From a virus (lineage: Duplodnaviria; Caudoviricetes), in the IMG/VR virus record IMGVR_UViG_3300001525_000522, positions 1-64,000 of that record: a stretch of DNA of 64,000 bases. The stretch is one strand, 5' to 3'. The notes beneath the pieces are model-generated. The model was not told where the DNA came from. It was given only the letters and a program-made list of their open reading frames with translations, and did no database searches. Shown here one piece after another: positions 48,503 through 59,775 of this stretch; the first letter of the stretch is position 1, and each line of letters opens with the position of its first letter. Made by a program: the position numbers and the translations under genes.

Positions 48503-48525
48503 TTTAAATATTTGGAGGTTGTTTA

Positions 48526-49089
48526 ATGAACAACGCTAATAATCATATAAGTGCTAATCCTGGAAATTATCGTCCAGTGATGACCAACCATTTTGAAATA
48601 ACAATTCATGATTTGGATGGTATGACTAATTGGGCGGATCCTGATAAAGAACCTATTGCAGATTCTGAATTAACTCTTAAAATTGCAAACAGAAATTTTT
48701 CAGGACCTCAATTATCACAGCAATCAATAGCTATTCAAAAAGGTAATACAACCATAGAATTTCCTGGAAGAATTGATGCATTTACATCTACTGCAGTATT
48801 TGAGGTGTATGTTACTAAAAGTGCTTTCGATATTTTATATTCTTGGAAGATGGCCTCAGGAAATCAAGAAACTGGTGAAATAGGCGATCCGAGAGAATAC
48901 TGGAAACGTGTTGAAATAGACGTAATGACTGGAGATAAAGGAACGCTCATTGGTACATGGACTTATAATAACTGCTGGATTCAGTCATTACAAGAAGTAA
49001 CATTTGACAATGGAGCAAATGAAGTAAAAACTTGTAATTTAACACTTAAATACTTTGCTCCTAAGTGGAGATCCAATAAAAATATCTAA
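48526..49089 (+). CDS. Tail tube protein (T4 gp19-like)
   Basis: GP..S...I.I.KGN..I.FPG; WK..V.I.......W.Y.NCW. Confidence 0.85.
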   Translation: MNNANNHISANPGNYRPVMTNHFEITIHDLDGMTNWADPDKEPIADSELTLKIANRNFSGPQLSQQSIAIQKGNTTIEFPGRIDAFTSTAVFEVYVTKSAFDILYSWKMASGNQETGEIGDPREYWKRVEIDVMTGDKGTLIGTWTYNNCWIQSLQEVTFDNGANEVKTCNLTLKYFAPKWRSNKNI

Positions 49090-49111
49090 ATAATAAAATA
49101 TAGTCATTCTA

Positions 49112-49819
49112 ATGGAGGACAAAATGGATTTAATAGAAGAAGTAGTATTACCATCTAAAGGCTTAGTTTACGATAAAGAGATTAAATGGTCTAATAGATT
49201 AAGAGCTCCTAGACTTTGTGATAAAGGAATTGGAGACCTTACTAAAAGAAATAAATTACAAGCCTCTATATTAGATAAGACACTTCTAGAACCGTTAGGA
49301 ATGTCCGCATATGATTTGCATACTGCGGACTTTTTATACCTGAATTTCGTACAGAGACAAATTGCTAAAGCAGGTGCGCCATATAAGATAAAAATCAAAT
49401 GTCAAAAATGTGGTGAAGAACAGCTGGTAGATTTTAACTTAGATAATGTAAAAGTTAATTATTTATCTGAAAAACCAGAATATAAATATACCACATTAGA
49501 TGGTTCAGAGATAGAATATACCTATCTCACTCCTAGAAAAATAGATGATGCCAAGGAGGCCGCAGATTTATATAAAGAAGAATTTCCTGGAGCAGACCAA
49601 GATATACAGCTGCAGGAATTACTAAGGTCAATTATACTCAAAGTTGATGGTGTAAAACCCACGCACTCTCAAATGACTGACTTTATAAATAATCTTTATG
49701 TAGAAGATAGCGATCGTTTATTAGAAAAAATCATGAACATAAATTTTGGTTTGGATTTGAATCAAACAGCCAAATGTTCTAAATGTGGTAAAATGATAAA
49801 CTTTATTTTACCTGTATAA
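49112..49819 (+). CDS. Baseplate hub / tail assembly chaperone (T4 gp26-like)
   Basis: LPSKG..Y; DLHTADFLYL; CQKCG and CSKCG Zn knuckles. Confidence 0.75.
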   Translation: MEDKMDLIEEVVLPSKGLVYDKEIKWSNRLRAPRLCDKGIGDLTKRNKLQASILDKTLLEPLGMSAYDLHTADFLYLNFVQRQIAKAGAPYKIKIKCQKCGEEQLVDFNLDNVKVNYLSEKPEYKYTTLDGSEIEYTYLTPRKIDDAKEAADLYKEEFPGADQDIQLQELLRSIILKVDGVKPTHSQMTDFINNLYVEDSDRLLEKIMNINFGLDLNQTAKCSKCGKMINFILPV

Positions 49820-49828
49820 ACTATATAA

Positions 49829-50041
49829 ATGACTTTTGATTTATTTATAGATTCTGATAAAAAAGCAGAAGAATTTGATTTGTGGGTGAGACGAATATAT
49901 CTTGTCTCATCCACATTGTCTATACCGTACGATTCATTATGGCAAATGCCTGAGCACGAATTTTTAATTATGGAAAATTTAGCTAAATCAGAATTAGACA
50001 AAAGAGAGAAAAAACAACAGGAGCTTTTAAACAATGGCTAA
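49829..50041 (+). CDS. Small tail assembly protein preceding the tape measure
   Basis: IYLVS..L.IPY..L..M...E pattern; position. Confidence 0.55.
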   Translation: MTFDLFIDSDKKAEEFDLWVRRIYLVSSTLSIPYDSLWQMPEHEFLIMENLAKSELDKREKKQQELLNNG

Positions 50042-51983
50042 AAATGATGGCTATGATATGATTAGAAGCCTTATGGAAGAGGCTGATAAATTAGGAAGGG
50101 CTTCTATTGAGGATCTCCATAAGCAAGCACTCAGAACTAGGATTAAAGAACTAAAAGAAGAGGGCAAAACTGAGAAAGAAATAAAAACCCAGTTAGAAAA
50201 AGACCAAGCTGCTTTAAGAGAGAAAAATCGTTTAGAATATCAAAGGCAAGAGCTTAAATCTATCCAAGATCGTGCCAAAGCTGCTGCTACATTGGAAGAA
50301 CAGAATAGACTAGAAGCAGATGCCAAGAGGCTTGAGCAGGTAATAAAAAGAGCTGAAATAGAGAAAGCCAATGAAGAAAAGCTCGCAGCTATTAGAGAAA
50401 AATACACTGTAAATCTTAAAAATATTACTGAGACGGGCTCTAAAATATATGATGATATCAATAAGTCTGTCAAAACATACTCAGATTATTTTGATGAAAT
50501 CCAAGTAAGATTACTTGGTTCTGGAAAAACATACGCCTCCGTAGCAGATATGATTTCCAAAACCTTCAGTGGTAGTCCATTCTTTGCATTAACTGATGCA
50601 ATGAATAATGTTAAAGCATTTGTTCAGCAAGGAATTGCTTATAATGTAGAACTTAGAGCAACTTTACAAACAGTTTCTGAAAAAATAGCAATAACCTTTA
50701 ATGCATTAGATGCCACCTTATTAAGATTAATTCGTATACAAGGTGATTCTACACAAGCAAGATTAGGAATTGAGAGCAAACTCACTGAAATCCTCAATAG
50801 TCAGTTTCAGGATACCTCTTATCTTACTTCCAATATAAATGAATCTGTATCAGCTGCTCTATTAGAAGCTGAAGCAAGATTAGGAAAAACTGCTGGAACT
50901 GAATTTGAGTTTGAAGCACAAAAATGGTTAGGTTCATTATATGCTTCAGGCGCTAGTCAGAATTTAATATCTTCTTTAGCACAAGGCTTAGGCTATTTAG
51001 GTTCAGGAGATGTTACCAGTCTTACAAGCAATGCATCATTAACTAACCTGCTTGCAATGGCAGCAGGAAGAGGTGGCGGAGCTTCATATGGAGATATAAT
51101 TACCAGAGGCGCTACTGCTGGAGATATATCTTCTTTAATGATAGGGTTACGCAGTTTAGTCGAGGAAGTAAGTAAAACTGATAATATAGTAGCTCTAAAG
51201 GAATATGCCAATGTTTTTGGACTGACAATCTCAGACCTCAAATCTATTCTTAATTTAACTTCTAAAGACATTGAAACACTTACCAAGCAAACACTTTCTT
51301 ATGATGAAGCATTGCAAACGGTAAATTCACAATTAACTGCTGGTACTTTATTAGGAAGAACACATGTTTCTGAGTTAGTAGATAATATTTACCAAAATAC
51401 TATAGATGCTATTGCCACAGGTATTTCAGGAAACGTTGGCGGCTATCTAGGTTGGAAAGCTGCTGGTTTTGCAGGTGAATTATTGGAAGGCTATACCGTA
51501 TCGATGGCACCTTTTGGTATGGGTACTACTATTGACCTAGGTAAGACAGTAAAAGCTGCTGCAACTGCTACTGCGGCACTTGCTAATATTAGTAAACTTT
51601 TCTCAGGATTAGGAAATTTGGGAGGAATAAACTTAGCCAACTTAGAAGGAACAGAAGTTGTACAGAGAGGCACCATTTCTAGCATGAGAGAAGGTACTAG
51701 AGAAAGTTATTCTGCATATGAAGGTGATGTTTCTCAATCTACTTTACTGAAACAATCCTCATTACAAGCAACTGAAGCCTCTAAAGTTACAGATGAAGCT
51801 TTAGACGAAAAACAAGAAGCTTTAGAAGGAATGCAAAATCAAATAAAGAATATAGATGATAATATTTCTATTATGGTGAGATTATTAGATTCTGAAGGAA
51901 TTGTTATAAGAGGAAGAGCTGGTGAAGTTGCAGGTTCTTATGCAAATCAATTAGCTGGAATAGGAGGAATATTTCAAGGATGA
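50034..51983 (+). CDS. Tape measure protein
   Basis: 649 aa, N-terminal coiled coil, Ala/Gly-rich helical C-half; after tube and chaperones. Confidence 0.75.
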   Translation: MAKNDGYDMIRSLMEEADKLGRASIEDLHKQALRTRIKELKEEGKTEKEIKTQLEKDQAALREKNRLEYQRQELKSIQDRAKAAATLEEQNRLEADAKRLEQVIKRAEIEKANEEKLAAIREKYTVNLKNITETGSKIYDDINKSVKTYSDYFDEIQVRLLGSGKTYASVADMISKTFSGSPFFALTDAMNNVKAFVQQGIAYNVELRATLQTVSEKIAITFNALDATLLRLIRIQGDSTQARLGIESKLTEILNSQFQDTSYLTSNINESVSAALLEAEARLGKTAGTEFEFEAQKWLGSLYASGASQNLISSLAQGLGYLGSGDVTSLTSNASLTNLLAMAAGRGGGASYGDIITRGATAGDISSLMIGLRSLVEEVSKTDNIVALKEYANVFGLTISDLKSILNLTSKDIETLTKQTLSYDEALQTVNSQLTAGTLLGRTHVSELVDNIYQNTIDAIATGISGNVGGYLGWKAAGFAGELLEGYTVSMAPFGMGTTIDLGKTVKAAATATAALANISKLFSGLGNLGGINLANLEGTEVVQRGTISSMREGTRESYSAYEGDVSQSTLLKQSSLQATEASKVTDEALDEKQEALEGMQNQIKNIDDNISIMVRLLDSEGIVIRGRAGEVAGSYANQLAGIGGIFQG

Positions 51984-52846
51984 CATTAGAAGAAGCCTTT
52001 ATAAGTAATTTAGTTAGTGAAAAAATTCCTATGATAAATCAATGGACAGAATCTATAGGATTATCTATAAAAAATCATACGCAATTTGAATTAAAAAATC
52101 AAGAAAATTATGAGAAAACTGGGTATTCTTTATTGGATAATTTAACTAGAGGATATTTAGCCCATAAACAAGACTCATTAAAATATTCTGAGAGAACACA
52201 TTATTTGCTTGGAATGTACTTAAGAGCTCTTAAAGAATTGAAAAATCTTAATGCGATGCCTTTATACAATTGTATTACAGGATATTCTGTAAAAGGACCA
52301 AAACATGTATTAAGAGCTCCTATTATTTCTAAAAGATTATATTATATTTTTATAAATACCTATATGTTTACAGACATACAGGTATGCTATAGCACTAATG
52401 ATACTGCTCTTACAGAATCAAAAACCTTCAAGATTGAAAGTTATCGTAAACCATTAAAGTTATATATAGCTGAAAATGAAAATGACCCAGGCATACCCTC
52501 CGATGCTGAGGTATTAGTTTTAAATGACAGTTTCAAAGAAAATTTGGCAGAATTTTTAGAATTGAGAGTAACTGTAAATTCCAATGTCACTGCAGCAGTA
52601 ATTGAAGGTCCATATGATTTTGATTATAATCCCTTAATTGGCTATACAGGAGCAAAATATTCTCCAAGGTTGATAGAATTTCTTACAGATGTTTCTATAA
52701 CAGAGGACTCTAATGAAGCAGTAAAAAATGAAGCTTTGAAAAAATATCCTGGAAAATCTATATCAGAGGTTGCAAAAACCTATTTAAAAGAAAATAATTA
52801 TACGTATGATATTGGAAATTTTATAGATAAGAGGTTGCCGGTATGA
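51980..52846 (+). CDS. Baseplate-region hypothetical protein
   Basis: ATGA-coupled to tape measure. Confidence 0.6.
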   Translation: MTLEEAFISNLVSEKIPMINQWTESIGLSIKNHTQFELKNQENYEKTGYSLLDNLTRGYLAHKQDSLKYSERTHYLLGMYLRALKELKNLNAMPLYNCITGYSVKGPKHVLRAPIISKRLYYIFINTYMFTDIQVCYSTNDTALTESKTFKIESYRKPLKLYIAENENDPGIPSDAEVLVLNDSFKENLAEFLELRVTVNSNVTAAVIEGPYDFDYNPLIGYTGAKYSPRLIEFLTDVSITEDSNEAVKNEALKKYPGKSISEVAKTYLKENNYTYDIGNFIDKRLPV

Positions 52847-53376
52847 TAAATTCTTATATATACCTATATCATTTAGATAAACAATTTAATATTCCAGTAA
52901 CTCCTGACCCAATTACTAATTCATTAGGAGTAACTTTTAGCACTGAGAATATCTTAGGAAGGTCTGCACCTCAGATAACTTTTGCGAGTGCTGGTCCTAG
53001 AACTCAGAGCATTAGTCTTACCTTGCACAGGCAATTGATGGCTTTGGAAAATGATGGAAATGAGAATGCGGTAGATGACTTAATAAATGCTCTGCAGGCA
53101 TGTACATTACCTAAATATATGGATTCTTACAAAGCCGTTATTCCTCCAAGCCTGCTAATACGATTTGGAAATGAATCATGCATAAGAGGAGTACTCAATG
53201 GTCAATTGACTGTAACATCTTCAGGAGCTTGGTTAAAATCAGGTAAAATGTCTGTAGTCACTTTAACATTTGTAGTAACAGAGGTGGAGCCATTTTCAGC
53301 TGAATATGCCATGCAGAGAGGCTTATTAAGGTCGGTGAGCACTGATTTAAGGAGGAATTCGGTATGGATGTATTAA
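52843..53376 (+). CDS. Baseplate tube-initiator protein
   Basis: ILGRSAPQITFASAGPR..S.SL.LHR; CTLPKY; PP.LLIRFG. Confidence 0.7.
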   Translation: MINSYIYLYHLDKQFNIPVTPDPITNSLGVTFSTENILGRSAPQITFASAGPRTQSISLTLHRQLMALENDGNENAVDDLINALQACTLPKYMDSYKAVIPPSLLIRFGNESCIRGVLNGQLTVTSSGAWLKSGKMSVVTLTFVVTEVEPFSAEYAMQRGLLRSVSTDLRRNSVWMY

Positions 53377-53627
53377 GAAGATATGAAAACCAAAGAACTT
53401 ACGAAAATCAGAGAGGAGATTTAGTATCTTCTAGATATAAACGAATTTCAAAAGATACCTCATATATTTTGCAAGAGTTAGATAAACCTAGTACCTTTGA
53501 CAAATTATCTTTACAGCATTATGGTACACCTCTGATGTATTGGCTAATAGCTGATTTGAATGACTATATAGATCCTACTGTTGAATTACCTACAGGAACC
53601 AAAATAAAAATACCGGTAGTTGGATAA
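53364..53627 (+). CDS. Baseplate wedge protein (T4 gp53 / LysM-like)
   Basis: FDKLSLQHYGTPLMYWLIADLN...L.TGTKIKIP. Confidence 0.75.
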   Translation: MDVLRRYENQRTYENQRGDLVSSRYKRISKDTSYILQELDKPSTFDKLSLQHYGTPLMYWLIADLNDYIDPTVELPTGTKIKIPVVG

Positions 53628-54826
53628 TGGCAGACCAAATTTTACAGAATTTTAATTCCTTAATAGAAACTCCATATATATCTATAACCTTTGGTGGTCA
53701 AACATTTGGGTTAACCAATACTGTAAACCCAGTAACAATGACCAGAGATATAGATTACATCACTAATTTAACTATAAATAAGCAGGCTTCAGGGCAGGTA
53801 AATACCTATACTATTACCTTAGTGTATGTTATACGTCCAGGAGATGACCCAAACAAAATAGACAAAATCATCTCTTCTGATTCTTCAAGAAAAATAAAAA
53901 TATCTTACGGTGATTTATCTCAACCTAGATTTTCTTATAGAGAAGAAGAGGCTATTATTACTAATATAAAGCCGGCTATCGATGTTACTAGGTCTAAAAT
54001 TGTTTATACTATTACTGCCACATCTTCTGTTGTATTAAATTATGCAATAAAAAGAAATTATCCTTCAGTTGTAGATAAACCGAGCGAGCAAATATATAAA
54101 TTATTATATTTAGACAGAACTAATGGATTATTGGAATTGTTTCCAGGAATGGCAGACAGAGCAAAAGTGGAGCTCAACAGATTGATTGCTAAAAATGATA
54201 AATCAGTGAGAATAGAAGCGCAGCAGAGTGTTTCTCCTTTAGAAAGACTGAAATATTTAGTAGCACAGATGCAATCTAATGATAACTCATTTTATGGCTT
54301 AATAATACATGACTACAGTGATTATGATAAAACTATGGAAGGCCAATGGTTTGAAGTAATAAATAGTTCATTAAGACCTTCTGCTTATCAATTGGATTTA
54401 GATGTGGGTTACCCAAGCAATACCAGAGTATTTGATTTTCAGGTTAATAATAATACCTCTTTCGCATTAATAACTAGCTATTCAGGACTTATAGATAAAA
54501 GTAGAACCATAAATATAAATGATAATGGAAATTTTAAAACATCTTCAGACCCATCTTTTATGGTAAGAAATGGACAAACAGATGCAGTATTAGAATCTTG
54601 GTGGAAAACGATGTCATCATTTCCAGTGGAAGCTACTGTGAAAACTAGAGGTTTAATAGTTCCAGCTGTTTTAGCTCAAACCATAAATGTGAATGTCTTA
54701 TTTTTTGGAAGGAAATATACTTACTCTGGAAAATATATGGTAGTCGGACAAACAGACGTAATTTCTTCTGCAGGCTATAGGACAACCTTGAAATTATTAA
54801 GAATAGGTGCTAATGATGATAACTAA
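53627..54826 (+). CDS. Baseplate hub protein (gp27/gpD-like)
   Basis: Position; C-terminal SGKYMV....D.IS..GY.T.LKL. Confidence 0.7.
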   Translation: MADQILQNFNSLIETPYISITFGGQTFGLTNTVNPVTMTRDIDYITNLTINKQASGQVNTYTITLVYVIRPGDDPNKIDKIISSDSSRKIKISYGDLSQPRFSYREEEAIITNIKPAIDVTRSKIVYTITATSSVVLNYAIKRNYPSVVDKPSEQIYKLLYLDRTNGLLELFPGMADRAKVELNRLIAKNDKSVRIEAQQSVSPLERLKYLVAQMQSNDNSFYGLIIHDYSDYDKTMEGQWFEVINSSLRPSAYQLDLDVGYPSNTRVFDFQVNNNTSFALITSYSGLIDKSRTININDNGNFKTSSDPSFMVRNGQTDAVLESWWKTMSSFPVEATVKTRGLIVPAVLAQTINVNVLFFGRKYTYSGKYMVVGQTDVISSAGYRTTLKLLRIGANDDN

Positions 54827-55181
54827 GGCAATTGTTTTGAGAATGTCTGGAAATAAATGCATTGTAAGAATTCCTTCAATGAGCAATTCTGAAGTGGAGG
54901 CTGCTATATGTAGTCCTAAAGGTTTTAATATTATTTATGAGGAAAATGATATAGTATATGTATCATTAGTAGATAATATAACCTGGGTTGTACTAGGAGT
55001 TCTGAATTTAGATGAATATGGCATGCATCAATTAACTTTAGATTCAGCTAGAATATCTACTGGATTTTTAGGAGATACTGTAGCTTTATCAGATTCTAAT
55101 TTAACCATAAAAGATTTAATAGATATGTATAGGAATTTTTCAGATTTCTTAAATAATTATAAAACAGGAGAAGATAAATAA
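54807..55181 (+). CDS. Central spike protein (gpV/gp5 OB-fold-like)
   Basis: C.VRIP; ENDIVYV......WVVLG. Confidence 0.6.
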   Translation: MLMMITKAIVLRMSGNKCIVRIPSMSNSEVEAAICSPKGFNIIYEENDIVYVSLVDNITWVVLGVLNLDEYGMHQLTLDSARISTGFLGDTVALSDSNLTIKDLIDMYRNFSDFLNNYKTGEDK

Positions 55182-55567
55182 TGATTAATCCTGAAAGTTT
55201 GATAAAAGGTTTTAATTTTCCAAATATATTTACTGGCGGAAATGCAGTATCTATAATATCTGGAAAAGAAAATGTTATAAAGGATTTGAAATTACTTTTT
55301 GAATCCGAAACAGGAGAATTCAGATATGACCCTGGATATGGTTCAAATGTAAAATTGCTTAAGTATAAGCCTAAAAATCAACTTACTCTAGACTTATTAG
55401 TAGACGCGATTGTAGAATCACAGATGTTCATGCCGAATGTAATGTTTGATAGAGATTCAGTTAAAATTACTTTTGAAAAACCTGGAGAAATAAATATAAC
55501 GATTTCAGCTATAATTGACAATAACAACTATATAACTGAATTAGTTTTATTGCAGAAAAGTGTATAA
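55181..55567 (+). CDS. Baseplate gp25-like protein
   Basis: LLF....GEFRYDPGYGS. Confidence 0.8.
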   Translation: MINPESLIKGFNFPNIFTGGNAVSIISGKENVIKDLKLLFESETGEFRYDPGYGSNVKLLKYKPKNQLTLDLLVDAIVESQMFMPNVMFDRDSVKITFEKPGEINITISAIIDNNNYITELVLLQKSV

Positions 55568-55579
55568 AAGGAGAAGCTA

Positions 55580-58500
55580 ATGGCAGATTTTTATTCAACT
55601 GATTTTATAAAAGATTATGAAGATATTTTAAAATTAGTTAAGACTTTGACTAATAAATGGGATCCTTCTATTTCAGATGAAGCAGACCCAGGAGTAGTAT
55701 TGATAAAACTTGCTACCTTGATGAAAGATAAATTATCTTACAAGCAAGATTTATCAGAAGCTCAAGCATATTTAGATACGGTATCTGATAGGCAGGCGGC
55801 CTTTGAGTTATTACAAATGCTTGGATATGTGATGAAAAATAAAATTTCATCTACTGGAATAATTTCTATACATAATACAGGTGATGCTAACCTGGATTTA
55901 GAAGCTTTTAATACGGTGTTTTCTAATTCAGATGATTCTATCACATTCTTTTTACTTCCTGTAGGAGCAGCTATTTTTACTATCCAAGGTAATAGCTCAG
56001 CTTCCTTAAGAATGATGGAAGGCTCTCCATTCGATATTACAAAAGAAGGCATAGATTATTTTAATATTAAAGATATAGATGAATCTGGAAGATTATATTT
56101 AGGAAAATCTGGATTAGCACAAAATGGTGTTTTTATCGGTGAGGAAACAGAGACAGCCGGAACTTATGACTATACAAAATGGTCAAATATAGAGGCCTCT
56201 GTTTTATATCCAAAAGATAAATATTTCTTTGTTCTTACAAATTCTGAAGGAGAGAATTACATTCAATTTCCTAAGAATTTTGAAACTTTAATAGGTGCCA
56301 AGAATTTTAAGATAAAAGCCACTTATTCAAAGGGTGCAGGAGGAAATATCTCTGCAGGAACTTTGAGCAAAATAAATAAAATAAATGTTAATAGCGAAGT
56401 TCTTACTATTTCACAGCCAAATGACATTATTTCTGGATATAATGAAGAAACTATTTCTCAAGGTATTCAGAATTATTATAATACTTTAGATGTTTTTAAT
56501 ACTCTGGTTACTAGTAATGATTATAATGAGGCCATTAAAAATATAAGAAATCCAGAAATTTCTAATATTCCAGGTAAACAAAACAAGCTATTCTCCAATG
56601 GTTATGCTAGAACTGCCGTAGACAGGCAAGATAAAATTGTTGAGACATATGATAAAATAGTTAATGATACCTTACAAGAAGACCAATATACTAAATATTT
56701 CGCAGACAGTGAGGTTGCCGACAGAGTTATACAAGTTGTAGGACTTGAAAATGCAGATTCTTATGAAGATTCATTTAAACTATTAACCAAATATGGTGAT
56801 GATGCTTTACAAAATAAAGTAAAAGAGCAACTCGATGAAGCATCATCTATAGCCTCTGAAATAGAATTTTCAAATGATGGTTATATTAGAGCAGACGCTA
56901 TCTTAAATGGTTATATAATGGCAAATATTACCTCTAAAAGTCAGGCTAATGAAATCTTAAAAAATATTATAGCTAAATTAAAATCTGAATATAAGGCGGA
57001 TAAATTAACTTTTGGTAAAGCACTTGGTTACAATGAATTAGTCTCTAATATATATGACAGTGACTCTAGGATAATGTCTGTAAGTTTACAGGAACCTCAA
57101 TATCAGGTTAAAAAGGTTTATATAGATGAAGATGGTGTTGAACAGACTGAAAACTTGAATAATGACGACAAATTGAATATAGCAACTAAAGCAGTATTAG
57201 AAGGCAGCATTCCTTTATATAGATTTTCTAATAGAAGCAATACTTCAAATATAGCTATACTTAACCCAGGTTATATAAATCTTGGATTAGGCATGAATAA
57301 TTACAAACAAATAAATGAAGGTAATCCATATAATTTACAAATTGCAATAAAAGATAACGGCTGGAGTTATATAAGGAGCTCTGGAGGAGAATTAAAATCT
57401 TATAATGTGTTGCAACTCAGAAAACCGATAATGGTAGAGGATACAGTTTACGGATATGGTGTAAGATATTGCTACCAGAGCAGATTAGCAAACAATAGGA
57501 ATATTACTTTAGAATCTAATTTGTTAAAAGGAAGCTTAATGAAATCAGGAAGCATCGTCTATTTGGATCCTACCTCAACTCAAGGTTTAGTAGAGAAATT
57601 TCCTACCACAGATATTAAAGATGCCTTTGACAAAGTAATAGCTAAAAAAGTAGAAATTACTGAAGATTACACTGTGCTTGAATCTGTTCAAATACTGAAA
57701 GCTGAGGGTAATATAGGAGCATCTGTGCTAACAAGAGGCTCAGCCATTGCCAATGGTTCACTCATAAATGGCACAGTATATTCTGCTCCAGTAATAAAAA
57801 ATGGTTTTGAGCACAAGTTAGCTTCAAATGAAAGTTTCTTTGTAAAAACAAGTTCTACTGATTGGGTAAGTTTAGCAGATGGTTCCATAATAAAACCAAG
57901 TGGTTTAGACATAACAGCCTCTCCTAGTACATCGGTTTCAGAATCTAATATATTAGGAACCTCTCAATCAATAGCACTTCTGAAAGAATCTAAATCTACG
58001 ATATCCAATGATTTAAAATATTTTATTGTAACTAATGGAAATCATTCAATTACTATAGGTAATAATAAAAATTACATGTTGGAAGAAGGAGAGTTCTTTG
58101 TATACTCAAATTCTAATTTGTCAGAATATATAATTTTAGGTGCAGGCACAGTATTATCTTCTGAATCTGGAAATAGCATTGTATTAGATAATGTAAAAAC
58201 TTCAGATACTGTTTCAGATATTCAACTCACTGCTTTTAAGAATTTTCCTTCAAATATGTCTTCTTCTATCATAGCAACTGATATGGAAATTTCTACATTT
58301 TCTGAAGGTTATTCAGTTGAATATGGTTCTGATATAATGGTTCAATTCGGAGCATTATCTCAAGATTTGGAAATTAAGAAAGATGACAAAACATACAAGA
58401 CATTTAACAAAGATGACGGATATGAAGTACGCTTAGTAGTTTTAATTGAGCCTGATGAATATGGTACCTTCTCCATGAGGCCTCCTCTAATGACTAATAA

Positions 58501-59266
58501 ATATTCAGGTGTTATATTGGAATTAAATGTCAAAGATAATAATGATAATAATTGGATTCAATTGAAAGGAGAATCAGGCGTAGGAACGTATACAAATCTT
58601 CTAATGTCAAAATATTTTGGAAGATTAATAACTAGTGGAGAATTTGAAACTTTTTCAGAAGAATCAGATGGAGTTTCTTATGCAGTATGTAATTATAGCT
58701 TAGATACAGATAGTGGTATTGAGGTAAAAAATATAACTCCTGCATCAATGACTCTAATTATTAATGCAGGAAAAACTTATAAAATACCATATGCAGGTAA
58801 AGAAAAAGCTTTAATAAAAATAGTTAGCTCAGGTACAATGATTCTCAGCGGTGCTTCTGCGATGACAGGTAATCCTAATGTATACAGCATAACAGAAGGT
58901 AATATAATAATTACTAACAATGACACCACCGGTATTACTGTAATTCTTTCTAATTTATCCATAATTGCCGGCTATTCAGATGAAGTAAAATATGTTGAAT
59001 CATTTGGTCAAACATTGAATACAAATGCTAATGATTATTTTGATCCAGTAGAAGGAAGCATAGAGAAAAAAATAACAGGCACCGGAAAGCCATTTAGTTG
59101 GTTATATGTTCCTACAGAAGAATTTGAATATCCTACTGCTTCTAGCTCATATCTGATATCTAGCCATCCTATGAATTATAAAACTTTACCACATATCATA
59201 TTAGATGAGTTAACGTTAGCAGATACCCTTAAAATTTTACCAGTAACTAATAGGTACAGTAAATGA
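55580..59266 (+). CDS. Baseplate wedge protein (T4 gp6 / gpJ-like) with long insertions
   Basis: KW.....ADPGVVL; LGY; SKGAGGNI..G; TLVT..DY. Confidence 0.8.
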   Translation: MADFYSTDFIKDYEDILKLVKTLTNKWDPSISDEADPGVVLIKLATLMKDKLSYKQDLSEAQAYLDTVSDRQAAFELLQMLGYVMKNKISSTGIISIHNTGDANLDLEAFNTVFSNSDDSITFFLLPVGAAIFTIQGNSSASLRMMEGSPFDITKEGIDYFNIKDIDESGRLYLGKSGLAQNGVFIGEETETAGTYDYTKWSNIEASVLYPKDKYFFVLTNSEGENYIQFPKNFETLIGAKNFKIKATYSKGAGGNISAGTLSKINKINVNSEVLTISQPNDIISGYNEETISQGIQNYYNTLDVFNTLVTSNDYNEAIKNIRNPEISNIPGKQNKLFSNGYARTAVDRQDKIVETYDKIVNDTLQEDQYTKYFADSEVADRVIQVVGLENADSYEDSFKLLTKYGDDALQNKVKEQLDEASSIASEIEFSNDGYIRADAILNGYIMANITSKSQANEILKNIIAKLKSEYKADKLTFGKALGYNELVSNIYDSDSRIMSVSLQEPQYQVKKVYIDEDGVEQTENLNNDDKLNIATKAVLEGSIPLYRFSNRSNTSNIAILNPGYINLGLGMNNYKQINEGNPYNLQIAIKDNGWSYIRSSGGELKSYNVLQLRKPIMVEDTVYGYGVRYCYQSRLANNRNITLESNLLKGSLMKSGSIVYLDPTSTQGLVEKFPTTDIKDAFDKVIAKKVEITEDYTVLESVQILKAEGNIGASVLTRGSAIANGSLINGTVYSAPVIKNGFEHKLASNESFFVKTSSTDWVSLADGSIIKPSGLDITASPSTSVSESNILGTSQSIALLKESKSTISNDLKYFIVTNGNHSITIGNNKNYMLEEGEFFVYSNSNLSEYIILGAGTVLSSESGNSIVLDNVKTSDTVSDIQLTAFKNFPSNMSSSIIATDMEISTFSEGYSVEYGSDIMVQFGALSQDLEIKKDDKTYKTFNKDDGYEVRLVVLIEPDEYGTFSMRPPLMTNKYSGVILELNVKDNNDNNWIQLKGESGVGTYTNLLMSKYFGRLITSGEFETFSEESDGVSYAVCNYSLDTDSGIEVKNITPASMTLIINAGKTYKIPYAGKEKALIKIVSSGTMILSGASAMTGNPNVYSITEGNIIITNNDTTGITVILSNLSIIAGYSDEVKYVESFGQTLNTNANDYFDPVEGSIEKKITGTGKPFSWLYVPTEEFEYPTASSSYLISSHPMNYKTLPHIILDELTLADTLKILPVTNRYSK

Positions 59267-59754
59267 TAAGAACTAAAAATATTATTCCACAAATTTATAA
59301 TACTTCTCATGATTTTCAGCTATTTGAGGCAATTTTAGATACCTTATTTAGTGAAGCTGACATAGGTTGTGCCAAATTACAAGGATTGCATTCTCCTCGT
59401 CAATGTTTTGAAGAAAATTTAGGAAAACTTTCCAGAAATCTAGGCATTGAAACTTCTGACAGAGAATTACTAAAGAAATATAGGTTAATGCTTAAAAATA
59501 AGGGTACTATGGAAGCCGTAGAGGCAGCAATTCTTTATTGTGGAGCAGAGTTAATCTTAGCAGATAAAGACCATAATGGATATGGGTCTATTTATTATAG
59601 AAATTTATCTTGGAAACAAGAAAATCCTAATCCAGAAGTTAATATAATAACATACTATGCAAGTTCATTTAAAAATTTCAATAAACAGCTATTTGAAAAA
59701 CTACGTAAAATGATTTTGCCATTTAATGTCAGAATTACCCTTGAGATAAGATAA
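59263..59754 (+). CDS. Baseplate protein (gp7 / P2-I-like)
   Basis: S.DFQL....LD; LKNKGT..AVE; ATGA coupling. Confidence 0.65.
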   Translation: MIRTKNIIPQIYNTSHDFQLFEAILDTLFSEADIGCAKLQGLHSPRQCFEENLGKLSRNLGIETSDRELLKKYRLMLKNKGTMEAVEAAILYCGAELILADKDHNGYGSIYYRNLSWKQENPNPEVNIITYYASSFKNFNKQLFEKLRKMILPFNVRITLEIR

Positions 59755-59775
59755 TATAAATTATAATAAATTAAA

